In this document: piece after piece, positions 10,039 to 17,223 of the stretch | How positions within the stretch are numbered: the first letter of the stretch is position 1 | Layout: each line of letters begins with the position of its first letter | Translations under genes and position numbers: made by a program | Source: an uncultured Alphaproteobacteria bacterium | GTDB lineage: Bacteria > Pseudomonadota > Alphaproteobacteria > Micropepsales > Micropepsaceae | Direction of reading: 5' to 3' | Assembly (NCBI GenBank): GCA_902825865.1 | Contig: CADECX010000006.1 | Coordinates: 48,742 to 112,741 of the forward strand | DNA: 64,000 nt | Notes under the pieces: generated by a model | What the model saw: the letters and a program-made list of their open reading frames with translations, nothing else | The model's database searches: none | What the model was told of the DNA's origin: nothing

Positions 10039-10455
10039 TCAGTCGTCGCGATAGACTTTCTCGCGCCGTTCATGGCGTTCCTGCGCTTCGATCGACAGGG
10101 TGGCGATGGGACGGGCATCCAGCCGCTTCAAGGAGATGGGTTCGCCGGTCTCCTCGCAAAAACCATAGGAACCGTCCTCGATCCGGCGCAGCGCCGCGTC
10201 GATCTTGGCGATCAGCTTGCGCTGGCGGTCGCGGGTGCGCAGCTCCAGCTGGCGCTCGGCCTCGGTGGAGGCGCGGTCGGCGAGATCGGCATGCGGCACT
10301 GTTTCGGCCTGGAGATTCTGGATGGTCTCGCGGCTTTCCTTGAGGATTTCATCTTTCCAGAGATTGAGCTTGCGGCGGAAATATTCGCGCTGGCGCTCAT
10401 TCATAAAGGGCTCGTTTTCCGACGGGCGATAGTCGGCAGAGACCTGGGTTCCCAT
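10039..10455 (-). CDS. dksA: RNA polymerase-binding transcription factor DksA (Cys-poor variant)
   Basis: The ATG at 10455 is preceded by AAGGGAG. DksA blocks are present: FMNERQREYFRRKL, the coiled-coil ADLADRAS..E, and the C-terminal GSYGFCEETGEPISLKRLDARP. Confidence 0.9.
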   Translation of the reverse strand: MGTQVSADYRPSENEPFMNERQREYFRRKLNLWKDEILKESRETIQNLQAETVPHADLADRASTEAERQLELRTRDRQRKLIAKIDAALRRIEDGSYGFCEETGEPISLKRLDARPIATLSIEAQERHERREKVYRDD

Positions 10456-10773
10456 GCACACTCCCTTCGACGCAAGAGGACAGAAGACTCAAACAAACCG
10501 TCCTCGAGGGCCGGGGTTATAGCGGCGTGGGCCCCTCCGCCGCAATTGAATTTGATGGGGTTGGAAAGCGGTGCACAGAAATGCGGCAAACTAGGGGGAA
10601 ACCCCTATTTTCCAGGTTTTTGCAGGCCGCCCAAAAAGGGACCGGGAACCCTTAAAACTGTCAGCAAGACACCATCAGGGCGTCATAAAAAATTTTTGGG
10701 CCCACGTGAGACTTGGCCTCGACAGGGCGCTTTTACAATTTTGTCGCACTGCACAAACTTTCGGAGGCCGAAA

Positions 10774-11256
10774 ATGAACACCCCATCTGAGCACGATCAA
10801 ACTGTTTCACAGCTCGGTCAAAGCCTGGCGCAGACCGCGCAAAGCGGCCGCGCCCTGGTTGAAGAAATGACCCTCTTCGCCAAGGACGAAAGCCTGCGCT
10901 TTGTGAGCCTGCGGCTGGAACGCAACGGCGCGGCGTTGGACAGACTGCAAAACTGTCAGGGCATTCCCGGCCTGATCGGCGTGCAGCAGGAATGGCTGCG
11001 CGATTTGCTGCAGGACTATACCGGCCAAAGCATGCGCTGGATGGGCGCTTTGCGCGGCTTGACCCGGAACGTGATGGAGAAGGCAGGCGAAAACGCCGCT
11101 GATGGAATCGATCATTTTCAGCAGCAAGCCGGCGATGTGATGCAGCAGGTCGGCGAGGCGGCGCAGCAGGCAGGCGACGCGGTGGATCAAGCCGGCCAGC
11201 AAATGAACCAGGTGGCGCAGGACACCAACAACTACATCCAAGATACGCAGCACTAG
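10774..11256 (+). CDS. Phasin-like (PHA granule-associated, Phasin_2-type) protein
   Basis: The ATG at 10774 has GGAGG 7 nt upstream. The protein is helical and Gln/Ala-rich (VQQEWLRDLLQDYTGQSMRW...). The track ORF 10072..11256 extends upstream only as an antisense shadow of dksA. Confidence 0.55.
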   Translation: MNTPSEHDQTVSQLGQSLAQTAQSGRALVEEMTLFAKDESLRFVSLRLERNGAALDRLQNCQGIPGLIGVQQEWLRDLLQDYTGQSMRWMGALRGLTRNVMEKAGENAADGIDHFQQQAGDVMQQVGEAAQQAGDAVDQAGQQMNQVAQDTNNYIQDTQH

Positions 11257-11265
11257 TATGAAATG

Positions 11266-11297
11266 AAAAAGGCCGGTCCAGAGGACCGGCCTTTTTG
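11266..11297. terminator. Bidirectional rho-independent terminator
   Basis: The stem GGCCGGTCC / GGACCGGCC is flanked by an A-run and a T-run. It lies between the phasin gene and the tRNA. Confidence 0.75.
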
Positions 11298-11300
11298 CGA

Positions 11301-11377
<77 letters not shown>

Positions 11378-11399
11378 TCACGATTGCACTCTCTACTGC

Positions 11400-11572
11400 A
11401 CTACTCCGTACTTCACTACTCCGTCCGGTTCCACCGGCTTCTGGGCCCCCGCCTTCGCGGGGGTGCCGCTGCGGCTAAGGTTCGCTTCGCTCACCAAGCC
11501 TCGCGGCAGTTATGAGCCTGACGAGGTTCGGCGGCGACAGCCGCCGAACGGGCTGCTCCACCCCGCGTCACG
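11400..11572 (-). pseudogene. Decayed tRNA-fMet copy immediately 5' of the functional gene
   Basis: Two blocks are identical to the tRNA: 11509..11525 matches 11338..11354, and 11550..11572 matches 11360..11382. A 24-nt perfect hairpin GTTCGGCGGCGACAGCCGCCGAAC (11526..11549) replaces the D-loop bases. The 3' half is diverged or insertion-riddled, but a CCCCCGCGA remnant is still visible. Confidence 0.6.
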
Positions 11573-11712
11573 GAAGGTGGGGGGATATAGGCCATGCCCA
11601 ATCCCCTGTCCAGGGCTGGATTTCTTGCTGGATTTCATGGCTTTAGCCCCCTCTTAGGCGGACTTTAACGGCACCCCCCCTAATTAGGCGGGGTCACCGT
11701 CCGGAGCACCCC

Positions 11713-12591
11713 ATGCGCCTGCTGTTTTCCGTCGTGGTCGTGATGGCCGGATTGATCTCGTCCGCGCACGCACAGCCCGCTTGGGACATGTTCGACGGCG
11801 GCAAGCTTCTGGCGACTGGCGGCGTATCCCAGGTCGAGGGCGCGGGTGGCGGCGGCTTGGCCAATTGGGCGCTGATCACCGGCTATGGCACCCGTGACGG
11901 CATCGGCGCCAATGTCCACTACACCGCCCTGCCTTTGCCCGATTACAGCCTGCAGAGCGCCGGTGTCGCGGTCGGCCTGTTCGACCGGCTGGAGCTCTCC
12001 TATGCCTGGCAGGAATTCGACACGCAGGATGTCGGCGCCGCTTTGGGCCTGGGCCGCGGCTTCACCTTTCATCAGAATATTTTCGGCGCCAAGCTCAAGC
12101 TGGTGGGCGATGCGGTCTATGATCAGAACAGCTGGCTGCCGCAGATTTCCATCGGATTGCAGCATAAGGAAAATGATCGCGGCGCGGTCATCGCGGCTGT
12201 GGGCGGCAAGGGCACCGTCGGCACCGATTACTATGTCGCCGCCAGCAAACTGTTTTTGGCGCAAAGTCTGTTGGTCAATGTCACCTTGCGCGAAACCAAG
12301 GCCAATCAATTCGGCATTTTGGGCTTCGGCGGCGACAAGCATAACGGCTATTCCACCCAGTTCGAGGGTTCGGCCGCCTATCTGATCAGCCGCCGGTTCG
12401 CGGTCGGCGCCGAACTGCGCACCAAGCCCAGCAATCTCGGTGTCGCCCATGAGGGCGCCGCCTGGGACATCTTCGCCGCCTATTTCTTCAACAAAAACCT
12501 TTCGCTTACCGCCGCCTATGCCGATTTGGGCAATTTGGTGATCCGCAACAACCAGCAGGGCGCCTATCTCTCCCTGCAAGCCGGCCTGTAA
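11713..12591 (+). CDS. DUF3034-like outer-membrane beta-barrel protein
   Basis: It has a signal peptide (…GLISSAHA/QP), the block GGKLLATGGVSQVEGAGGGGLANWALITGYGTRD, alternating beta-strand-like segments and an aromatic-rich C-terminus. The family call is from memory. Confidence 0.6.
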   Translation: MRLLFSVVVVMAGLISSAHAQPAWDMFDGGKLLATGGVSQVEGAGGGGLANWALITGYGTRDGIGANVHYTALPLPDYSLQSAGVAVGLFDRLELSYAWQEFDTQDVGAALGLGRGFTFHQNIFGAKLKLVGDAVYDQNSWLPQISIGLQHKENDRGAVIAAVGGKGTVGTDYYVAASKLFLAQSLLVNVTLRETKANQFGILGFGGDKHNGYSTQFEGSAAYLISRRFAVGAELRTKPSNLGVAHEGAAWDIFAAYFFNKNLSLTAAYADLGNLVIRNNQQGAYLSLQAGL

Positions 12592-12602
12592 GGAGTCCTG
12601 CG

Positions 12603-13022
12603 ATGAATCGATTGCTTGCAATATCCGTCCCGCTTTTCATGCTGTTCGCGGTTCCGGTGCGCGCTGAAGATACGCTGTTCGCCGATATGGGCGGGCAGGT
12701 GGGTATTGATCGCATCGTCGATGCCTCGGTGGACAATTATCTCGCCGACGACCGCATCAAGGCGATTTTCAATGAATCCAACATCGACCGGCTGCGCGCC
12801 CAGTTCAAGGTTCAGTTCTGCCAGGTTGCCGGCGGCCCGTGCCAGTATAAGGGTCATGACATGACCATCGCGCACAAGGGCTTGCACCTCACCAATGCGA
12901 ATTTCAACGCGGTGGTGGAAGACCTGCAGGCTGCGATGGACAAGGTCGGCCTGCCCTTCGCCACCCAGAACCGCTTCCTGGCGCGGCTGGCGCCGATGCA
13001 GCATCAGGTCGTGAGCAAATGA
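12603..13022 (+). CDS. Group 1 truncated haemoglobin (trHbN) with an N-terminal signal peptide
   Basis: The N-terminus MNRLLAISVPLFMLFAVPVRA/ED looks like a Sec leader. The globin blocks are LFADMGGQVGIDRIVD, GGPCQYKGHDMTIAHKGLHLTNANF (proximal His context) and F..VVEDL. Confidence 0.8.
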   Translation: MNRLLAISVPLFMLFAVPVRAEDTLFADMGGQVGIDRIVDASVDNYLADDRIKAIFNESNIDRLRAQFKVQFCQVAGGPCQYKGHDMTIAHKGLHLTNANFNAVVEDLQAAMDKVGLPFATQNRFLARLAPMQHQVVSK

Positions 13023-13321
13023 GAAAGCTTCTGTTGCTCCTGCTGTTGCTGGCGCCGGTTGTTGCCGTGGCGCAGAGCAACCATACCATCGTCCAGAAGA
13101 ACCGCCGTTTCGGCCTTCCCGAAATTGCGATCAAGCGCGGGGAGAGCCTGACCTTCACCAATGCCGATGAATTCATCCATCAGATGTATGTCGACGGCCT
13201 GTTCGATTCCGACGAGCGCCTGCCGGGACAGACTCTGACCGAGAAATTTCCAAGGACCGGCACCTTTGAAGTCCGTTGCCACATACATCCCAAGATGAAG
13301 CTGGTGGTGCGGGTGAACTAG
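13019..13321 (+). CDS. Small exported cupredoxin (amicyanin-like type-1 Cu site)
   Basis: It has a signal peptide (MRKLLLLLLLLAPVVAVA/Q) and the ligand pattern FIHQ ... RCHIHPKM (H, C-x2-H-x2-M). An ATGA overlap links it to the globin gene. Confidence 0.8.
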   Translation: MRKLLLLLLLLAPVVAVAQSNHTIVQKNRRFGLPEIAIKRGESLTFTNADEFIHQMYVDGLFDSDERLPGQTLTEKFPRTGTFEVRCHIHPKMKLVVRVN

Positions 13322-13365
13322 GCCGAACGGGGGAATCGCGTTATCCTCTCCTCCGGGAGCATGCA

Positions 13366-13668
13366 ATGAAGTATTTTCTGCCGCTTCTGTTGGTCTTGCC
13401 CTTGGCCGCGAGCGCCCAGGACAACAGCCGCACCATCTCCCAGAAGGGCCGCGCCTTCCGGCCAGGCGAAGTGACCATTTCCCGCAATGAAGCCCTCACT
13501 TTCACCAACGAGGACGGCTTCATCCATCAGATTTACGTGAACGGCTTGTTCGACTCCGAGGAGAAGGGGCCCGGGGAAGTCATTAATCAAAGCTTTCCAC
13601 GCACCGGCACCTTCCAGGTCCGCTGTCACATCCATCCCACCATGCGCTTGATTGTGCATGTGAAATAG
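13366..13668 (+). CDS. Small exported cupredoxin, tandem paralogue
   Basis: It starts at the ATG at 13366 (MKYFLPLLLVLPLAASA/Q). It shares LTFTN.D.FIHQ.YV.GLFDS and FPRTGTF.VRCHIHP.M with the preceding gene. Confidence 0.8.
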   Translation: MKYFLPLLLVLPLAASAQDNSRTISQKGRAFRPGEVTISRNEALTFTNEDGFIHQIYVNGLFDSEEKGPGEVINQSFPRTGTFQVRCHIHPTMRLIVHVK

Positions 13669-13759
13669 CGCCGCTGCCGCTCCACCCCTCTCCCGAGTTC
13701 CTTAAGCCGCCATAAACCGTTTTTGGTCAAACTGTTAGCGTCTGTCTGCAGGTCGCCGA

Positions 13760-15619
13760 ATGGCATTGGCCAAACATACTATCGGCGCCAAGATTTTTGG
13801 CGCCTTTGTCGCCATGAGCGCCATGATCGGCCTCACGGGCTTGGCCGGCTATGGCGTGTTGTCCGCCGCCGGCGATATCGCGGTGACGACATTCGACGGT
13901 CCGTTGATGGCGATCAACTATGCCCGCGCCGCACAAAACGACTTCACGAAAATGCAGCTCGCGGAATTGCGCTTGGAACACGCCGCACCGGCCGGCCGCG
14001 CCGCCATTGCCGAAGAGATTTCGGGGCTGGCGTCTACCTTCGATGACGACCTGGAGGTTGCCGCCCAGCGCAGTTTTGAAGCCGACGAACAGAGGATGAT
14101 CGCCCAGATCCGCCCCTTGATGAAGCGTTGGCGCGAGGTCAGCACGCGGGGCGACATCGCGGAGCTGGAAAGGCTGGAAAAGCAGATCGACGAGAAATTC
14201 GACCTTCTGATCGAATTCAACACGTCCCACAGCTTTATCGGCCGCCGCAAGACCGTCACCAATATCGTCAACTATAAGTATGCCAGCGGCGCGATCACCC
14301 TTTTCGCCTTGCTGCTGGCCGCAGGGCTGACCTTTCTGTTGCGCAGCCGTATCGTGCGGCCCTTGCGCGACGCCGCCATGGTTGCCGACCGCATCGCCAA
14401 GGGCGAGCTGCAGACCCCGATACCGCCCGGCGGCAAGGACGAGACCGGCGCCCTGCTGAATTCCATGACGGTAATGCAGGACAATATCCGCGAGGCGATG
14501 ACGCGGGAAAAGGAACTGCGCCGTTCCGCCGAAAACCGCCTGGTGGACGCGCTGGAGACCAGCCGCGAAGGCGTGATGCTGGTGGCGCCCGACGGCAAGA
14601 TCGTGATGTCCAACAGCACTCTGCGCGGTTTTTTCCCGGCGATCGCGTTCCAATTGATGCCGGGAACCCGTTTCGATCGCGCCCTGGAACTGATCCAGAG
14701 CCAACTCAAGCCCACCCAGGCGCCCAGCGAAGACATCACGACGTCAGGTCATGCCGAGTTGGAGCTGGCGGACGGCCGCTGGCTGCGCATGACCGGAAGC
14801 GCCACTTCGGAAGGCGGTTCGATCTTCTTTCTGTCGGACTTCACCGTCATCAAGGAGCGCGAGGAGTCCATGCGCCGCGCCAAGGCGGAGGCCGAAGCCG
14901 CCAATGCGTCCAAGACCCGCTTCCTGGCCAATATGAGTCATGAACTGCGCACGCCGCTGAACGCCATTATCGGTTTTTCGGAAATCATTACCCACCAGCT
15001 TTTCGGCGCTCTCGGCAATGCGCGCTATCTCGATTATTCCCGCGACATACTGCGCAGCGGACGCCATCTGCTGGCGGTGATCAACGATGTGCTGGACCTG
15101 TCCAAGAGCGAGGCCGGCAAGATGGTGCTGGCGGTGCACGAAACCGACATGCGCGATGTTCTGGATGACTGTATCGCCATGGTGCGCGAGCAATGCGCCG
15201 CGGCGGAGCTGGAATTCTCGGTGACGGGCCTGGATCAATCCCTGCCGCTGATGGGCGATATGGCCAAGCTGCGCCAGATTTTCCTCAACCTGTTGTCCAA
15301 TGCGATCAAGTTCACGGAAAAGGGCGGCCGGGTCAGCCTTTCGGCCCAGACGACACAGGACGGTGTCGCGGTGACCGTGGCCGATACCGGTATTGGGATG
15401 AACCCGCAGGATGTGGAAGTCGCCCTGCAGCCCTTCGCCCAGGTCGATAACCGGCTGGAGCGCCGCTATGAGGGCACCGGACTTGGCCTGCCGCTGACCA
15501 AGGCGCTGGTGGATCTGCACAAGGGCAACATGGTGATCGACAGCCAGCGTGGCCGCGGCACCCGGGTCACCGTCACCTTCCCGCGCGCGGTGGCGGAAGA
15601 GTGGCTGGAAGCCGTCTGA
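13760..15619 (+). CDS. Sensor histidine kinase (2 TM, periplasmic helical sensor, HAMP, PAS, HisKA, HATPase_c)
   Basis: The H-box is FLANMSHELRTPLNAIIGFSE. The N and G boxes are LLSNAIKFT, DTGIGM and GTGLGLPLTK. A HAMP-like segment follows TM2. No response regulator is adjacent. Confidence 0.9.
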   Translation: MALAKHTIGAKIFGAFVAMSAMIGLTGLAGYGVLSAAGDIAVTTFDGPLMAINYARAAQNDFTKMQLAELRLEHAAPAGRAAIAEEISGLASTFDDDLEVAAQRSFEADEQRMIAQIRPLMKRWREVSTRGDIAELERLEKQIDEKFDLLIEFNTSHSFIGRRKTVTNIVNYKYASGAITLFALLLAAGLTFLLRSRIVRPLRDAAMVADRIAKGELQTPIPPGGKDETGALLNSMTVMQDNIREAMTREKELRRSAENRLVDALETSREGVMLVAPDGKIVMSNSTLRGFFPAIAFQLMPGTRFDRALELIQSQLKPTQAPSEDITTSGHAELELADGRWLRMTGSATSEGGSIFFLSDFTVIKEREESMRRAKAEAEAANASKTRFLANMSHELRTPLNAIIGFSEIITHQLFGALGNARYLDYSRDILRSGRHLLAVINDVLDLSKSEAGKMVLAVHETDMRDVLDDCIAMVREQCAAAELEFSVTGLDQSLPLMGDMAKLRQIFLNLLSNAIKFTEKGGRVSLSAQTTQDGVAVTVADTGIGMNPQDVEVALQPFAQVDNRLERRYEGTGLGLPLTKALVDLHKGNMVIDSQRGRGTRVTVTFPRAVAEEWLEAV

Positions 15620-15794
15620 TTTCCGGCCGCCGGCTCAGGGGGTTGGCGACACCGCCAACCACGCCCGGACTATGACGGATTCTCATCTCCCAAGGGCTTA
15701 CAGGTGGGACGGCATCTGCTGCTGCGCGCACGCCTTTTTTAAGCCATATTTGGACGGGGTGATACGCCTCGCAAAAATTCCTGGGAGGGACTTT

Positions 15795-16460
15795 ATGAAA
15801 CTCGTTAGTTCTCTGCTTTTCGCCGGCGCCATGGTCTGCGTCGCCGGTGGTGTGGCGGTGCATGCGCAGTCGGCCAACAATATGAGCTTTTTCGTCACCA
15901 GCGTGGGCAAGGGCGACGGCGCCAATCTGGGCGGCTTGGCGGGCGCGGATGCCCATTGCGCCGCTTTGGCCAAGGCAGCCGGTTCGTCCAAGACCAGCTG
16001 GCGCGCTTATCTCAGCGTCACGCCGGTGCAGGGCGCAGGCGCTGTGGATGCACGCGACCGTATCGGCAGCGGGCCGTGGGTCAATGCCAAGGGCACGACC
16101 GTCGCCCGCAATGTCGATGACCTTCACAACGCCAAGCTGACCAAGGAGATGCTGGTGAACGAGAAGGGCGGGCTGGTCAATGGCGCGGGCGACACGCCCA
16201 ACACCCATGACATTCTGACGGGTTCGGATTCGTCCGGGCGCTATCTGTCCACGGGCAACTTCGACACGACCTGCAAGAATTGGACGAGCAATGGCGAAGG
16301 CTCCGCCATGGTAGGCCATCATGACGGCAAGGGTCCGCCCAACGCCACCGCCCGCCACTTCACGTCGTGGAACGCCTCGCATACGTCGCGCTCGTGCAGC
16401 CAGCCTGACCTGGTCGCCACCGGCGGCGCGGGCCTGTTCTACTGCTTCGCGACGAACTAA
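15795..16460 (+). CDS. Secreted Cys-containing protein (DUF1554-like, tentative)
   Basis: The ATG at 15795 has GGGAGGG upstream, and there is a signal peptide (…GGVAVHA/QS). The block FFVTSVGKGDGANLGGLAGADAHCAALAKAAG...WRAYLS resembles DUF1554 proteins. The upstream part of track ORF 15549.. is non-coding-looking. Confidence 0.6.
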   Translation: MKLVSSLLFAGAMVCVAGGVAVHAQSANNMSFFVTSVGKGDGANLGGLAGADAHCAALAKAAGSSKTSWRAYLSVTPVQGAGAVDARDRIGSGPWVNAKGTTVARNVDDLHNAKLTKEMLVNEKGGLVNGAGDTPNTHDILTGSDSSGRYLSTGNFDTTCKNWTSNGEGSAMVGHHDGKGPPNATARHFTSWNASHTSRSCSQPDLVATGGAGLFYCFATN

Positions 16461-16482
16461 GGGCGGTAGCCCTAAAAACGAG

Positions 16483-16513
16483 AAGCCCGGCCGATTTCGG
16501 CCGGGCTTTTTTT
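16483..16513. terminator. Bidirectional rho-independent terminator
   Basis: The stem GCCCGGCCG / CGGCCGGGC is followed by TTTTTTT. It lies between two convergent genes. Confidence 0.8.
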
Positions 16514-16514
16514 G

Positions 16515-17204
16515 TTAGCGCAGCATTTGCCGCCAATCGGCTTGGATTGTGTTGATACAATCGGCGTAACTTGAGCCGGGCGGCAAGCGGTTTCGTCGAC
16601 ATAGCGATCCAGTATGGCTGTGCGCATATACATTTTTTCCGTCGAAATTGAACGGGTTGCCGGCAGTTATCGTTTGTCGCCATGTTCCATGGAAACGCGC
16701 CATCTCTGCCAATGCATTGAAAGCAGGCTCACCAAGGCAGGCGATTTTTTCTAGTTTTGGCATCCTTTCAATTACAAAGGAAAGAACCTTGGAGGCGTGA
16801 CGAGAAGCGTGCTTCCAGTCCGGCAGGGCACCGCTCACCTTTCCATCGTCTCGCAGGAGAAACGAAGCGCTTACATAAAGTGCGCCACATTCAAGATGGC
16901 CTTCGCCAGAAATGGCAACTGGTCTGTCCGATCTCTTAAGCAGATCAACGAGAAACTTGTTAGTTGGAAATGAAGGCTCATGGCGGTAGGGGAAGGGATC
17001 CTTGGCATCAATACGCGCCGGGATGAAGGATGCTGGGGCGAAATCTTGCGCGACAATGAGAAGGTCGCCGTCCCAATCTCCGCAGAGCGTTTCTGTTCCG
17101 AACAGATTGTAGTTTCCGAGCTCGAAACTGAAGATATTTCTATAGCCGCTATGCTCTAGAGTGCGCATCCAAGGTGGGATTTCGGGTGTCTTGAAATGAA
17201 TCAA
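16515..17204 (-). CDS. Orphan UDG-superfamily-like protein (uracil-DNA glycosylase fold, unassigned family)
   Basis: The 229-aa translation aligns by eye to family-4 UDG topology. Motif-A-like is LLIVAQDFAP (compare LLLVGEGPG). PF..N.FL follows, then a mid-strand YVSASFLL and IACLGEPAF. Motif-B-like is NVYAHSHTGSL (compare HPS). The gene is visibly more A/T-rich than its flanks. Confidence 0.55.
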   Translation of the reverse strand: MIHFKTPEIPPWMRTLEHSGYRNIFSFELGNYNLFGTETLCGDWDGDLLIVAQDFAPASFIPARIDAKDPFPYRHEPSFPTNKFLVDLLKRSDRPVAISGEGHLECGALYVSASFLLRDDGKVSGALPDWKHASRHASKVLSFVIERMPKLEKIACLGEPAFNALAEMARFHGTWRQTITAGNPFNFDGKNVYAHSHTGSLCRRNRLPPGSSYADCINTIQADWRQMLR

Positions 17205-17223
17205 CCGCTCCCGTTTCCTGCGA

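Noticed and set aside
10072-10773. The N-terminal 234 codons of track ORF 10072..11256.
   Set aside because: This part is antisense to dksA and then crosses an obviously non-coding region. The ATG at 10774, with a GGAGG Shine-Dalgarno, gives the plausible phasin-like protein.
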